DNA of 64,000 bases from Blastocystis sp. Blastoise (taxonomy: Eukaryota > Protista > Bigyra: Opalinata): positions 62,001-126,000 of the forward strand of contig JBBPEB010000030.1 in the NCBI GenBank assembly GCA_039096225.1, read 5' to 3'. The notes under the pieces were generated by a model. That model saw only the letters and a list, made by a program, of their open reading frames with translations, searched no databases and was not told the origin of the DNA. The number at the start of each line of letters is the position of its first letter. The first letter of the stretch is position 1. This document shows, one piece after another, positions 13,444 to 30,505 of this stretch. The position numbers and the translations under genes are program-made.

Positions 13444-14704
13444 TATGTAACAAATGAAAAATTTTCAAAGTCAATAGGCTCAATAGCGTATGGGTGTTTT
13501 CAGGTCTTAAAAGAAGAAATCATTTTTGCGGGAATATCGAGAAATTCAAAAAAAGTATTTTTTCCCTCCTTTTTTCACTGTCATTTTTCTTTAATATTTT
13601 AGACTTTTTAGTATTAAAAACGATTCTTAAAGGTATATATAGAGACTCTATACCACTTTTGAGACTAAAAATCAAATATTTAAAAATGAGTGGAAATCAC
13701 GACAAGCAATAAAAACAATTTTGTGAAGCTTGGTATGTTGTGTATAAGCATATGTAACAACAGAGATGATAAAAACATACAACTCCTCTTGGTTTAGGAC
13801 ATAATTATAAACTCTCTCAAAAAGACTATTTTTAATCCCAAAACGATACCCTGAACCATAAATTATGTCCTGAATGATATTCTAAAGTCATATTTTGATA
13901 AAGAGGTTTATTGACGATAATCAATAAACAAAAACAAGAGCTTCTGTTTTACTTTTCTTTTTTGAATTTTTAATTGTTTTGACTTTCTAGGGTAGTTGGC
14001 TAAAAGAATGCTGTCGTCTTTAGGCTAAAAAATTATGAATAAAAAAGTCAAGTCATTTTATTGTTTTTTCCTTGGGAAATCAAAAATAAGAAATTTTTAG
14101 GTGTGTTTAATTTAGGCTGTATAATGATTTATATTGTAAAAGGACTTGACGAGAATGACAAGAGTGATAATACATCACTCAGAGAACACACAAATTTTTA
14201 AAACTTCTCACTCATGTAATCCATTCCTGAATTATAGACTTCAGAGAAAAACTTAAAGTCTTTTTGGTTTTAAACAGTCATTTTAAATCATAAAACACTG
14301 TAAAAGAGTCAATATTTAAAACATCTATGATTATATCAATAAACAGTATATTTTGTAGAGTTATTTTAAAGTTATTTTCGTCAAAAAGAGAGAAACTTGA
14401 CAAGTTGGCGGAGCTTTTGTTCTCGGGTTTAGGCCAACGTATTTTTGATTTAAAAATCCCAGTCATTTTGTTGTTTCTCTTACGGGAAATAGGGTCAAAA
14501 AAACAAAAATTGTCCGTAGTGCGTTAGTGTTTTTTAAAAAGATGAATACTAATTGTATGGATATATTAGGAGTAACTGTTGCTTTAGCTATGAAAAAAGA
14601 ATAGATAAAACAATTATTAGTAAATGAAAAGTAAGGAAAAAAAAGAAAAAGAAAAAAATGAACACATTGTAGATTTATATATGAGCGATAAAATAGTTGT
14701 AGGT

Positions 14705-17700
14705 TTATTTTTGTAATTCAGCCTTAGCCCTATCGATTTCTTCCATCTTAAAGATTCTAAAGATTTTTACATATTGATTTTCTGCATCTTCTATGAGTAA
14801 AGACTTGAATTCATTTCCATGATCTCCTGCTTTCCATATAAGTAGTTCTAACTCATACTCAGCATTATATTGTCGCTTACATTTTTCAAAATAGGACATA
14901 ATTTGTGCTATAAAAAAAAATCATTATTAATATAAATGAAAATATATATATATAATAAATGAATACAATTTGATGGAGGTGGTAAAGGAATATTTTCTTT
15001 TTCTGAATCAAATGAATAAAATATAATAAACTTATCAAGACCATAATAAACATAGAGTGGATGTCCACTAAATAATATATAATAAAATAGTTATTCATGA
15101 TAAAAATAAGAATAAGAATAAGGAGAACAGACAAAAATCTATACCATTGAGATGTTGAATTCCATGAAAGAGAACAATTCGAAAGAGCCACGTGATCCAC
15201 ATCGTAATAGTATTCCAGTGTTGGATACAAATATCTTGATAATACTGAAGGAGGATATGTACTAGAAAGAAATAAGGGTGATAATTGAATATATATATAT
15301 ATGTATTGGAATAATTAAGATTATATATATACGTTAATGAATATAAAAAGTCTACGAAAAAGTCTACATTCTTATATTCATAAAAACATGACTTTTGTAA
15401 TAATGCATAAATCTATAGAATAAATCAATATTATATATATAATAATAATTGTGAATAATATATATATATACATATTTTGGAATAATACTAAGTTTGTTAT
15501 AATCTGGTAATTTGACATCATATATACCTGTTTCACTAATAGATAAGAAGGAATATAAATAAATGTTATAAAATAGTTAGAATATATATTAGAAAATATA
15601 TAAATAGATTAGAATATAGAACATAAATAGGTTTTAATAAAATATATAAATAGATTAGAATATAGAACATAAATAATTATTAAATAAAATATATAAATAG
15701 ATTAGAATATAGAACATAAATAATTATTAAATAAAATATATAAATAGATTAGAATATAGAATAAAAATAATAATTAATAAATAAAATATATACTATAAAA
15801 TAATACATATATATATATACACTTTGTTTGTTCTAGCATATTGAATATAGAAAGAATGAAGATACTGATAGAGATAGGAACGTAGTCCTTCGGGTCCTGA
15901 GGATAATTTACTTGGCAATAACTATAGAGAACATAGTATGTATATATAGAATAGAATCATATAATACGTTATAGAATAATATAATAAATATATTTTAATA
16001 TACTATTTAACGATATAGTTTATGCTAAAATAAAATAGATAAAACATAATTATTTATATACTATTGATGCAATAATAATTATAGAATAAATAAATAATAT
16101 ATATATATATACTTGATGAATCAGCATATATAAACAGATCGATGGATTTGTTTGATTGTATATTTTAAGAGGAGCAGAAGTCTGATTATAAGGTTTGTTA
16201 ATACTATAAAATATTAATATATATATATATAATGTATATTTAAAAAAAGAATCTATAGTGAATACTAATATATATATATATATATATACATTCGTAGTCT
16301 TCGAACAGGTCGTGATATATATTCTACTTCTCGATTACCTATAGAGAGGTATAAATAATATATATATATATATATATTACTAAAATATGAAAGTTTATTA
16401 TGTAGTTATTAATTATTATACTATATAAATACTATTAATTGTTTTATCTATATATGTATATGTATATTCAACAGCAATTTGACAGTGAGGACGCGCGTCA
16501 TCGTCTATTACTATTCCTATAGGATAATGAAAACAAAAATAGTTATATGAATAATAAAGAAAATAAAGAATAATGATATTCATTATATAATATTTATTAT
16601 ACGAATAATTATATTTATTATTACTATTATTATAATTATAAGACTATTAATGATTATAATAATGATTATAATACGCATAAAAGTTATACTAATATGAATA
16701 ATAATAATGATCATCATACCTATAGGATCAATATAGTTAAATTCAAATGGAATACATGTATTTCTTCTTAATACAGCTAATTGATATATATTCTTATATA
16801 AATAATGTTCTTGTACTTGAGGAGAAGATATCATCAGAGAAGGAGAAATACCACTAGTAGATCGAAATCGAAAGAGTACCTAAGGAAATATATATTTATA
16901 TTTATTATAGTTATATACATGTGAATATATATATATATATATATATTATAAAGTAATAAATATATATATAGAATATATCCATGATTTCATTAGTATTATA
17001 TATATATACTTGTGTTCCTAAAGGTTCTTGAGCGTCATGAGATAATTTACTGACAATCTCTTGAATCCCTCTATTTGTGTTCCAACCATAAAGTTTCCCT
17101 CCTGTCATAGTAACCATAGGAAGAAGAGAAGAGAGATGTATATAGGGAGAAGTAGAAGTAGAATAAAGAAGAGACAAAGAAAAAGATAAAGAACGAGATT
17201 TCTCACCCTATATATAGAAAAAGATATTATATATAATAGAGTATATTATAGAAATTGTATGTTTATATAGATATAGTTATAATATTTGATATATATATAT
17301 ATATATACGATATCTGAGTAGAAGTTATTCTCTGGTGTGAGATAGGGTGTCATCGTAGAGTTACTTGAAGGAGTTATATATGGACGATCTATATAGAATA
17401 ACAATAAGAATAAGAATAATAGGGGTATAATAAAGAATATAGAAATGATTAGAAATAATGATTATAATTGGTATTATTATATAGAGAATAATATAGTCAT
17501 TTGAAAATAAACAAGAAATGTTAAATGTATATATAAATATATATATAATAAAAATATGATTCTATTTAATAAGATATATATATACACAAAACTCCTATAC
17601 CATAGGAAGGTGCATCGGATATATATATATTCATAGTGCCTCCTATACATAATCCCTTATGTGTATATATATCGATATAATCCAATACACAATGTAAGGC

Positions 17701-19145
17701 ACTACCAATAGCACTATATATATAATGAATATAAAGACTCCACTATTATATATATAATATATATAATGAATATAAAGACTCCACTATTATATATATAATA
17801 TATATAATAAATATAAAGAGTCCACTATTATATATATAATATATATAATAAATATAAAGACTCCACTATTATATATATAATATATATATAATGAATATAA
17901 TATGGGAAAAATAATCAAAAATATATATATAGAATACCATGTTCCTCTTTGATGTTGAATCGCATCCACTAATCGGAGAGCTTGATCACGTGACGATTCG
18001 ATCATGCACGTGGCTTCCTCCCAATCCATTATTTGGAATAGAGGGATATCTGAACACTGAAGAACACCTTCTGCGTCACTTTCAGGAAATCCTACTATTT
18101 GTGTATACTATATAAATAGATAATAGAATAATAAATATATAATAATCAGAATTATTAGTACAATAATAATGAATAAAATAAATAATCAAAATAATAATAT
18201 ATAATAATAAAAAGTATTAGAATAGCAAAAACAATAATAGTTTCACATAAATCTGTGAATACAAAATTAATATTTCGTAAATAATATACAAGAGCACGTA
18301 TATAATTAGAATGAAGATCATAAACTCCAATTCGATCTCCTACTGTTACTAACACTATATATAATAATATACAAATATTCATTATATATACTAAAACGCA
18401 TATTATTAGGAATAACTTTGATCGTTTCTTTTAAAAGAGTTTTAATGTCTTTTATATAGTTTTCATCACCTGTACAATCTACAATACATACATAGAGTTG
18501 AGATGCAGTTGAACTCACATGAGAAAACTTACTATATTATAAAGAGTAGATTTGAAAAGATTGATCAACAATATTGATAATAGAAAAGTGATTTAGTATA
18601 TATAAAAATATATATTTATATGCATATTTATTCCATAAAAAAATATACGTATCTTGATTGAGAGGCATTTCTAATTCATAAGAATTACAGACACATTCGT
18701 CACATTCAGCTCGACTAAATGCTGATATATATCGTTTTTTTGCAATCATTTTATCGATAGGAGTATATGTATTACAAATAGGGCATAGCCAACTAGTATA
18801 TAATAACGAGACAGAAAAGAAAACAACATACTTATCCTTTTCAAAAATACAGTAATTACTAATATATCCATAGCAGTTCTTACACCGTAAAATCTCTTTT
18901 TGAGTAATTTTAGGTCTCTATAAAAAGTAAATAAAACATAATAAAAAGAAAAATACGGCAATTTCTTGATCTGGATTCAATGGTTGCAATATACCTCCCC
19001 ATGGAATCGATGTATGATCTTTTATTTGTGCTATAAAGATAAATTAAACGCTTAAAGTCAACGAAATACAATTAGCTGGAAACAAGTCAGATGCAAGTTG
19101 TAGAGCTACGATAGGCTTCTCATTGGGTGTACTATTATATTCCAT
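14705..19145 (-). CDS. Divergent Sec23/Sec24-family protein (Zn finger + trunk), about 20 exons; resembles plant SEC23D-type proteins
   Basis: Spliced frame: IPWGGILQP, RCKNCYGYISNYC..WLCPICNT zinc finger, YVCIVDCTG, DRIGVYDL, LYPTL..SLS; all introns GT-AG. Confidence 0.8.
15570..15790. repeat. Intronic ~39-bp minisatellite
   Basis: AAATATATAAATAGATTAGAATATAGAACATAAATA repeated about 4 times. Confidence 0.85.
17715..17895. repeat. Intronic ~42-bp minisatellite
   Basis: ATATAAAGACTCCACTATTATATATATAATAT repeated 4 times. Confidence 0.85.
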
Positions 19146-21082
<1,937 letters not shown>

Positions 21083-21403
21083 ATTATGTTGTTATTCATG
21101 TTATTTCTTCTATATGTTTCTATGTGTTGGATTTTAATTAAAAGTATCTTTTCTATTTACGATTTATTGAGTTCAAGTCATCGTATAAAATATTCATATT
21201 TATTATTAATATTTTAATATAATCAATTACGTCACTGACCTTCTTTTTATTTTTATCAACACATTTTTTCATATCTTTGTCAAGATGCATAGTAAAGAAA
21301 TCATAATCATTAAATAACCTCATCATTCATCCTATTTCTAAAGGAATATTTTTTAAATTAACATTTTTTAGTATTTCTATTTAAAATATAAGATGGCAAA
21401 CAG

Positions 21404-21469
21404 CCAATCAAAAATAAACTCGATGTGATTAACCCAATAAAAAGGGGTAGTCATGAAGAAGAAACCAAT
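21404..21469 (+). promoter_or_regulatory. Three phased CCAAT boxes
   Basis: CCAAT at 21404, 21434 and 21465 (spacing 30 and 31 bp), upstream of the ATG at 21631. Confidence 0.45.
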
Positions 21470-21630
21470 CAAAATTCTTCAATAAAACCAGTCATCTATT
21501 TTTCACAGACTTTTTTTGTTGCTGTTGCGTGAAACGCTTCATAAAATTAAGATATCTTTACAAATATTACTCAAAGTGAGAAAAATTCTTTATATTCTTA
21601 GTTATAACTATCAATAAATCAAAACAAACG

Positions 21631-23242
21631 ATGTCTCCAGACACGATGGTAGGTAATATAAGAAAAAGAAAAGTAGATCTTGATATCTCACAGAATTTCA
21701 GTGTTCTACGAAGCGGTCTTCCTCTTTCGTTTGGAGTTAACTCTACAAATCAAACAATTATTAACTTAATAGCATCTATTCTTACATCCAGTGGTCTATC
21801 AATGCCTTACCTAATGAGTAGATGTGGTATCTTGCTTGGTACTATATTCACTATTTTTTCAATGTTAATTGCTATAGAAACTTCTTATTATTTAACTACA
21901 GCTTGCGAATATACAAAGCAGTCTACATATGGTAGAATAGTGAATATACTTATGGGTGAGTCATTTGCACGTTTATCAAATCTGTTGGCAATAGCTTCTT
22001 CTTTTTGCTTTTCTGTCAGTTATTTTTCTACAATTTTCGATGCATTCCCCAAATTACTATTTTATATATTTCATAAAGAGATCAATAAAGGCTTTGATGA
22101 ATATGTATATATAAATATCATTCATGTTCTTTTTATTTCGTTTTTTTATGTAGTCTAGACACTCTTTATTATTATTATATATATAGACATTCAAACTGAT
22201 CACTATTTTCATCGTTATATTTCCTATTCTTTTATCGAAATCCTTAAATCGTTTTCAAACATTTGATCGAATTTCTATAATATTTAGTCTCCTTACTGTT
22301 ATATATGCATTATTTGAAGGATATCATACGTATTCTACATTCGTATATATATATATATATATATACTTTTATAGTTGTACTATTATTGTTTTTAATGTGA
22401 ACTCAATATTTATCTTCTCCTATATATAAAACTTATATCCTTGTTACAAAATAATACTATTGTATTATTAATATATATATATATATTGTTGTTTATAAAT
22501 GAAATACTTATTCTATCTATCTATATACTTTATATAGCCTCTTCCTCTTCATTTGTTTCCCCGTAAAAATATTTCTTATCCTCGTTTTATTATATTAATA
22601 TTAATGTGGTTCAATAGCCATCTCAGTATTCCAAGTATATATAGAGAAATGAATGTTACTACTAAAGATGAATATTCCTCTAAACCTGAAAAGATGCAAT
22701 ATATTATCAAAGTCTCTTATATTACTTGTCTTTTCATCTATATTATTATTGGTATATGTGGATATATAGCTTTCAGTGAAAATTCTTCATTTAATTTTCT
22801 TAATTCACCTGGAAAAAAAAGTTTTTCTACACTTTTCTACTTATGTAAATCCTCTTATATTTTATATAGTTATATTTCATGTATATTTTGTTCTTATTCT
22901 TCAATTCATTTATTTGATACAATATTTTTTTCATCACCATCTTCTTTTACACGTCAATTCTTTGAAAGTATTATTTGGTGTATTTCTATTTGTTATGCTT
23001 CTATTATAATTCCTTCTCAAAACTTTATTACTATGATCAACGGATGCACTTGCGGTTTATTTCTTGAAATTATTATACCTTCATTATTATACCTTTGTAT
23101 AAATGATCAATTTAAACGAATGATCAGTTTAACAAGCATACTTGGAATTCCAAAAAACAAACGAAATTTAGAAGCTATCTTAGCATCTGCTATCTTTATT
23201 ATCTTTGGTGTATATGTATTGGTTCAAATCCTTGTGGAATAA
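21631..23242 (+). CDS. Amino-acid transporter (Aa_trans / SLC38-like)
   Basis: NLIASILTSSGLSMPY, CGILLG, STYG, HLSIPSIYREM, GICGYIAF; many TM segments; 2 introns. Confidence 0.85.
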
Positions 23243-23955
23243 CAGTATTCATATATTTATATGTATATTTATATTTATTATTTTTTTTTTTTTAATTTTA
23301 ATTATTTTATATATTTAATGATATTATTATGTTAATGATATTATTATATTAATGATATTATTATGTTTTAATGATATCATTATATTTTAATAATTTTACT
23401 TTATTATTGTGTTATCTTTTTGATTATGCTTATCTATTTTTTTTTTATTATTTGTAAATTCCTTCCTCATTTATTTCTATAATTATTATTATTGCCTCTC
23501 TTTTTCATTTTCATTTTCTTTAAATAATAATGTATTTCCGTAAAATTATGCATTTCCTTTCTCAATAAAATGATAAGTTTTGTCTTCCGCTCTTATTCAC
23601 TGTTGACCAATTTATCACATTCTGTTAAACATAAGAATTCATTTTTGAAATAATCTAATTACCAATTATGTAAGGTATTAATCATACTTACGACTTCATA
23701 GACTGTAGAAACCATAAAATCATCGAATAGCATTATTATTTAATGAAGAATCATTGTTTTCACTGAATACATTTAAAAAAAATAAAAACACAAATAATAT
23801 GACGAACACTCTTAAAGAATCAAGAAAAAGTCTTTTATAGAATAATTTGACTCATTTCTCATAAATAACCACGATAATCTCATATTTAACAAGGATTATC
23901 GAAATATAAATTATTTAATACTTTTATACTCCATTCATCTTCAATATTAAATAAG

Positions 23956-25105
<1,150 letters not shown>

Positions 25106-25735
25106 ACATTATTTGATTTATTGATTTATTTCTATTATATGTTTACCTCTTTTATTTATTTTCTTTTTATTCTCATAGTTTTTATATATGTCTTCAAAAC
25201 ATTTCGTAGATCAAGAATATCGTTGTTCTAATTCTTTTATTATATTAAACTCATTTTATATCTAATGTATACAGAGTAATTAGTATGAAACAACAAATGC
25301 CAAACTCTCTTTTTATACTAAAACATTGATATAGACATATCAGAAATATATGTATATATATATATTCATTTATTTATTAAAATCTTTGATACCAACATTT
25401 TGAGTTCATTCATATAATGATAATTGTTGTGTTATACTTAACTATATTCTCTTTACTTCAAATATGGCATAACGAAGAAGACATTTCATTGCTACTAAAC
25501 GTGAAGTATCTCTACCATATTATGTATAAATACAATGCATATTCTTCTTTAATAATGAACGATATACATTTTATATGCAAATCAAAAATATAAATGAAGA
25601 AAAACTCGAAAAAGAATTCAATGAAAGAATGAATTCTTTTTTGTACTTTTAAGTTAGAATTTTCGCTTAAAATAACCATATTGGTATTTATATTAGATAG
25701 AAAATACATTGAAAAATTAATTATATAATTCATTT

Positions 25736-27258
25736 ATGAATACGTTACTGTTATTTGGACGGAATCTCATTCACTATGGCTTAAAACCTGTGAAAACTGG
25801 ATTTACCTATTGTTTATTTGGAACGTATATTATTAATAATAATATTCTAAATGTACCTAGATTTACAGGAAAGATGGGAGATGGTGCTAAGAAAGTAGTC
25901 AATGAATATTTGACGGTTGATCCTGAAGACATACGTACATTCAGTATTATCGCTCATATTGATCATGGAAAGAGTACTTTAGCTGATGCAATGATGAAAT
26001 ATGCTGGAAATATTGCACAAGACTCTCCTGCACAATTTCTCGATAATCTTGAAGTATTTCATCATTCTTTATTCGATGTTAATGCTTTTATCATCAAAAA
26101 TACTATTCATTTGTTGTATTTATAGGTAGAACGAGAACGTGGTATTACAGTTAAGGCTCAAACAGCATCTATGATCTTAAAGAATCCTTCTGATGGTCAT
26201 GAATATTTATATAATCTTATTGATACTCCTGGTATAACTATCTTCAATATTTTTTCTATACTATTGACTAATGTTTATTATTATTATTTTTATGATATAT
26301 ATATATTGATATGTATATATATAGGTCATGTAGATTTCAGTTATGAAGTATACCGTTCATTAGCTGCTTGTCAGGGTGTTTTGCTTCTTGTAGATGCGTC
26401 ACAAGGGATCCAGGCACAAACTTTAGCTAATTATAGAATAGCCAAACAATATGTATATATACTATTTAGTATTATGATGTATTATTCTTTTTATGGTTAT
26501 TTATTATTTTGTTTATATATCAAATAAGCTTTCTATATATATATGATTATATCTATAGAATTTAGATGTTATTCCCGTGATTACGAAGATCGATTTATCC
26601 ATTTCAAATGTTGATAAATGTAAAGAACAACTTGAGTCTCTTTTTGGATTTAAAGAGAAAGATATTTTAACTTGCTCTGCTAAGAAACAACTTGTATATA
26701 TAGATTATTATATGTTAATTATATATTATTGTTTATTTTTTTTTTTATTTTTTTTTTATGATATATTATTAAATTATTTTATTATGCTCATTATATATAA
26801 ATATTATAATACATGTTATTATTATCTCTTAGGGTATTCCTGAAATCTTTGATAGTATCACCAATCATATCATGTGGGCTACGGGGGATGTTACAAAAGA
26901 TCTTCGAGGACGTATCTTTGATAGCTGGTATATATATAAATAAAACTATTATTAATACTTTTGTTTAACTCGACATGAACTCTTTATATACTTATATACA
27001 TATATATATATTAATTTATTTTTTATTTCGAATTTCTATAATTATATAAAGTATCCCTTATTGATTTAATTATATACATATATATATACAATAGGTATGA
27101 TCAGTTTCGAGGTATTGTATGTTCTATTCAGATTGAAGATGGTACCCTCTCTAAGGGGGATATCATTAGCTTTTATTCCAATAAACAAACGTTTGAAGTT
27201 CAAGAAATCGGGTTATTACTCCCTTTTCCTGCTCCTATTAAACAACTCAAACCTGGAC

Positions 27259-27321
<63 letters not shown>

Positions 27322-29698
27322 CATGATTAATAAAAATATTATGAAAATTATTTTCTAAATTATAATTATTAAATATTGTTTTACAATTATTATTATTAAT
27401 TTATTTCATTTTTTCCATTCTTTTTTATATATAATTTCTAATTCTAAAATAAAAAGATATATATATATGTATATATATAGATAGGTTATGCTATATTTGG
27501 AACAAAGGATAATTCCCTTCTTCATATAGGGGATACCTTCACTCATAAAGCTAGTCTCTCTACTATTACTCCTCTTCCTTCTTTTCCTTCTTCAAATCCT
27601 ATGGTATATGCTTCTATTTATCCTGTAGATCAATCTTCGTATGAAGAAATGAAGAAAGCAGTTGATAAATTATTATTAAATGATTCTTCAGTTACTATTT
27701 CACCGGAAACCTCAGATGCTCTTGGCGTAGGATTCCGATGTGGATATTTAGGGGTTTTACATATGTCTATCTTCCAAGAACGTCTAGCCAAGGAATTTGA
27801 GATGTCTGTTATTGTAACGGCACCTTTTGTACCTCATAAAGTACTACTGAAAACTGGAGAAGAAGTATATGAATTTGTTTATATGGTTATTTTATGTTTT
27901 TATTTATATTTATATTTATATTTATATTTGTGTTTTTTCATTTATTCTTTTTAATATGTTTATTATAATTAACAATAAGATTTAATTGAATATATATAAA
28001 CATTTATCTCTTCTTTATATATATATATATAGATGCTTATTGAAAAAGCAGCGGATCTCCCTGACAGAGCACGCGTCAGCAAATATTTTCAGCCAATGAC
28101 ACGTGTCACAATAGTTAGCCCCTCACAGCACATGGGATCCCTCATGAAATTATTAAATGATAAAAAAGGAAGAAGTGAAGTATGTCTATATATAGAATTA
28201 TTCATATATTATATATATATATAATAATTTGTTTTACTATATATCTTTATATACTATTTTCTATGCATAATATATATATTTTAGTATGTATATATATATA
28301 GGATGTAAAATATCTTGATAAAGATTTAGTATTATTACAATATGTTGTCCCATGGGGAGAAATAGTATTAGATCTTTATGATAAAGTAAAGAATATTTCA
28401 TCAGGATATGCAACAATTGAATATGAACAAATCGGATTTGAAGAAGCAGCTATTTCTAAGGTAAATTGTTATTATTATTAATATGTAAATTATACGTTTG
28501 CATTATATATATATATATATATATATTCATTATATTATTCTTCTAGAAGAATAGACTATATATATATATATATATATATCACCAATTACTTGTTCTTTCT
28601 TTCCCTCCATATATTCCCTCCATTTCTAGGTAGATATCCTCATAAATGGTCGTCCTGTAGATGCTCTGTCTTTCGTATGTGATAATAAATCGATTGAAAC
28701 ACAAGGCAGAGGCATCCTGGTCAAATTACAAGTATATATTATATTATATTATATTATATTATATTATATTATATTATATTATATTATATTATATTATATT
28801 ATATTATATTATATTATATTATAGTATATTATATTATATTATATTATATTATATTATATTATATTATATTATATTATATTATATTATATTATATTATATT
28901 ATATTATATTATATTATATTATATTATAATATATTATATTATATTATATTATATTATAATATATTATATTATATTATATTATATTATAATATATTATATT
29001 ATATTATATTATATTATATTATATTATATTATATTATATTATATTATATTATATTATATTATTATTATATTATTATTATATATATTCAAATTCATTTCAT
29101 ATTTCATTTTTTATTTTTATTCATTACATCAATAAGCAATAAAAATTTTTTATTTATTTGTCCACCCATACATTATAAATATTTCTCTTATATATACTTC
29201 TATTTCTGATCTTTACTCTATAAATATAATATCAATTTATTCCTATAAATCATTCTAGAAAGCTATAAATAGACAGCAATTTGAAGTTATTATACAGGCT
29301 TCTGTTGGAAATAAAATCTTTGCTAAAGAGCGAGTGGCTCCCTATCGAAAAGATGTACTCACAAAAAGCGGGAAAACTGTATTTATATTATTATTATTAT
29401 TTAGTTTAATTATATATACATAAATATTTCTTATATATAAATATATACTACACATGATTTACTATCTATTTGTATATAACTCATATCCTATTAAATTATA
29501 TATTCATATATGTTTCAATATTTTTTTGTTAATCCATCTAAATACTAATTATCTATATAATAGGTTGGTGGGGGTGATATGACACGTAAATATAAATTGT
29601 TAGAGAAACAAAAAAGAGGGAAGAAGAAGATGAAAACCGTGGGGAATGTAGAACTATCTCAAGAAGTATTCTTAACTGTGTTGAAACGAGATGAATAA
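25736..29698 (+). CDS. GUF1: Organellar translation factor GUF1/LepA (EF4)
   Basis: [68 protein letters not shown]; N-terminal extension. Confidence 0.97.
28735..29060. repeat. Intronic (ATATT)n pentamer repeat
   Basis: Directly visible. Confidence 0.95.
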
Positions 29699-30505
29699 TT
29701 CATATTTGTTTTGTCATCTATACATAATTAAGTTCTTATCCTATTATATGTTTTTTTCTTTGTTATTATTTGTTATGAATGAGTTTTTAATTTTGAGTTG
29801 TTTTATTTTTAATATTAATATTTTAAAGTTTTGTTTATTAAGAAAAAAAAATTAAAAACAATGATAACGAAACCATGGAATAAACACCAAAATAAAGGAT
29901 AACAACCATCAAAGGATAAGGATAATAATGAAACAAGAAAATGGATTAATCCAAAGAAGAACAGAATAAATACATATATAATTGGAAACAATGACAATAA
30001 TAACACAAAAAATAAATATTATATTGAAAAAATACAATATAAAATATGTGGATAAGAAATATAGAATTGTATGTAAATTTTAAAGAAAATGAATTATAAA
30101 ATATGTAGATATGTATGTATAATCAATAAGTTGAATATATGTAAATTGTCTTTCATATTTATATATATAAGATAACAGTACTAATAAGATTAAAGACATA
30201 GAATGATACAATAAGATAACGTATTACCCATAATATTAATAAAGAAATAGTATATAGATATATATATATATGTAAATACAAAAACGTAAAATAATAATAA
30301 TTCTTTTATAAAATAACAAAAACAAGTATATATATTGGTAAATGAAAATAAAATGTAGAGTTTTAAATATATATATATATATATAAACTCTAAATAAATA
30401 TTTCATGATATATAATAGAATACTATTATATAAAAAAAATCACAATAGAAAGAGAAGAATTGTGTGTAATAATAAGTAAAAATATTCGCGGGAATCCTTA
30501 GTTTC

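Noticed and set aside
13494-14527. Short ORFs as transposase remnants
   Set aside because: No recognisable DDE, RT or HUH motifs
23221-23231. B-box-like GGTTCAAATCC
   Set aside because: Lies inside the transporter CDS, with no cloverleaf around it
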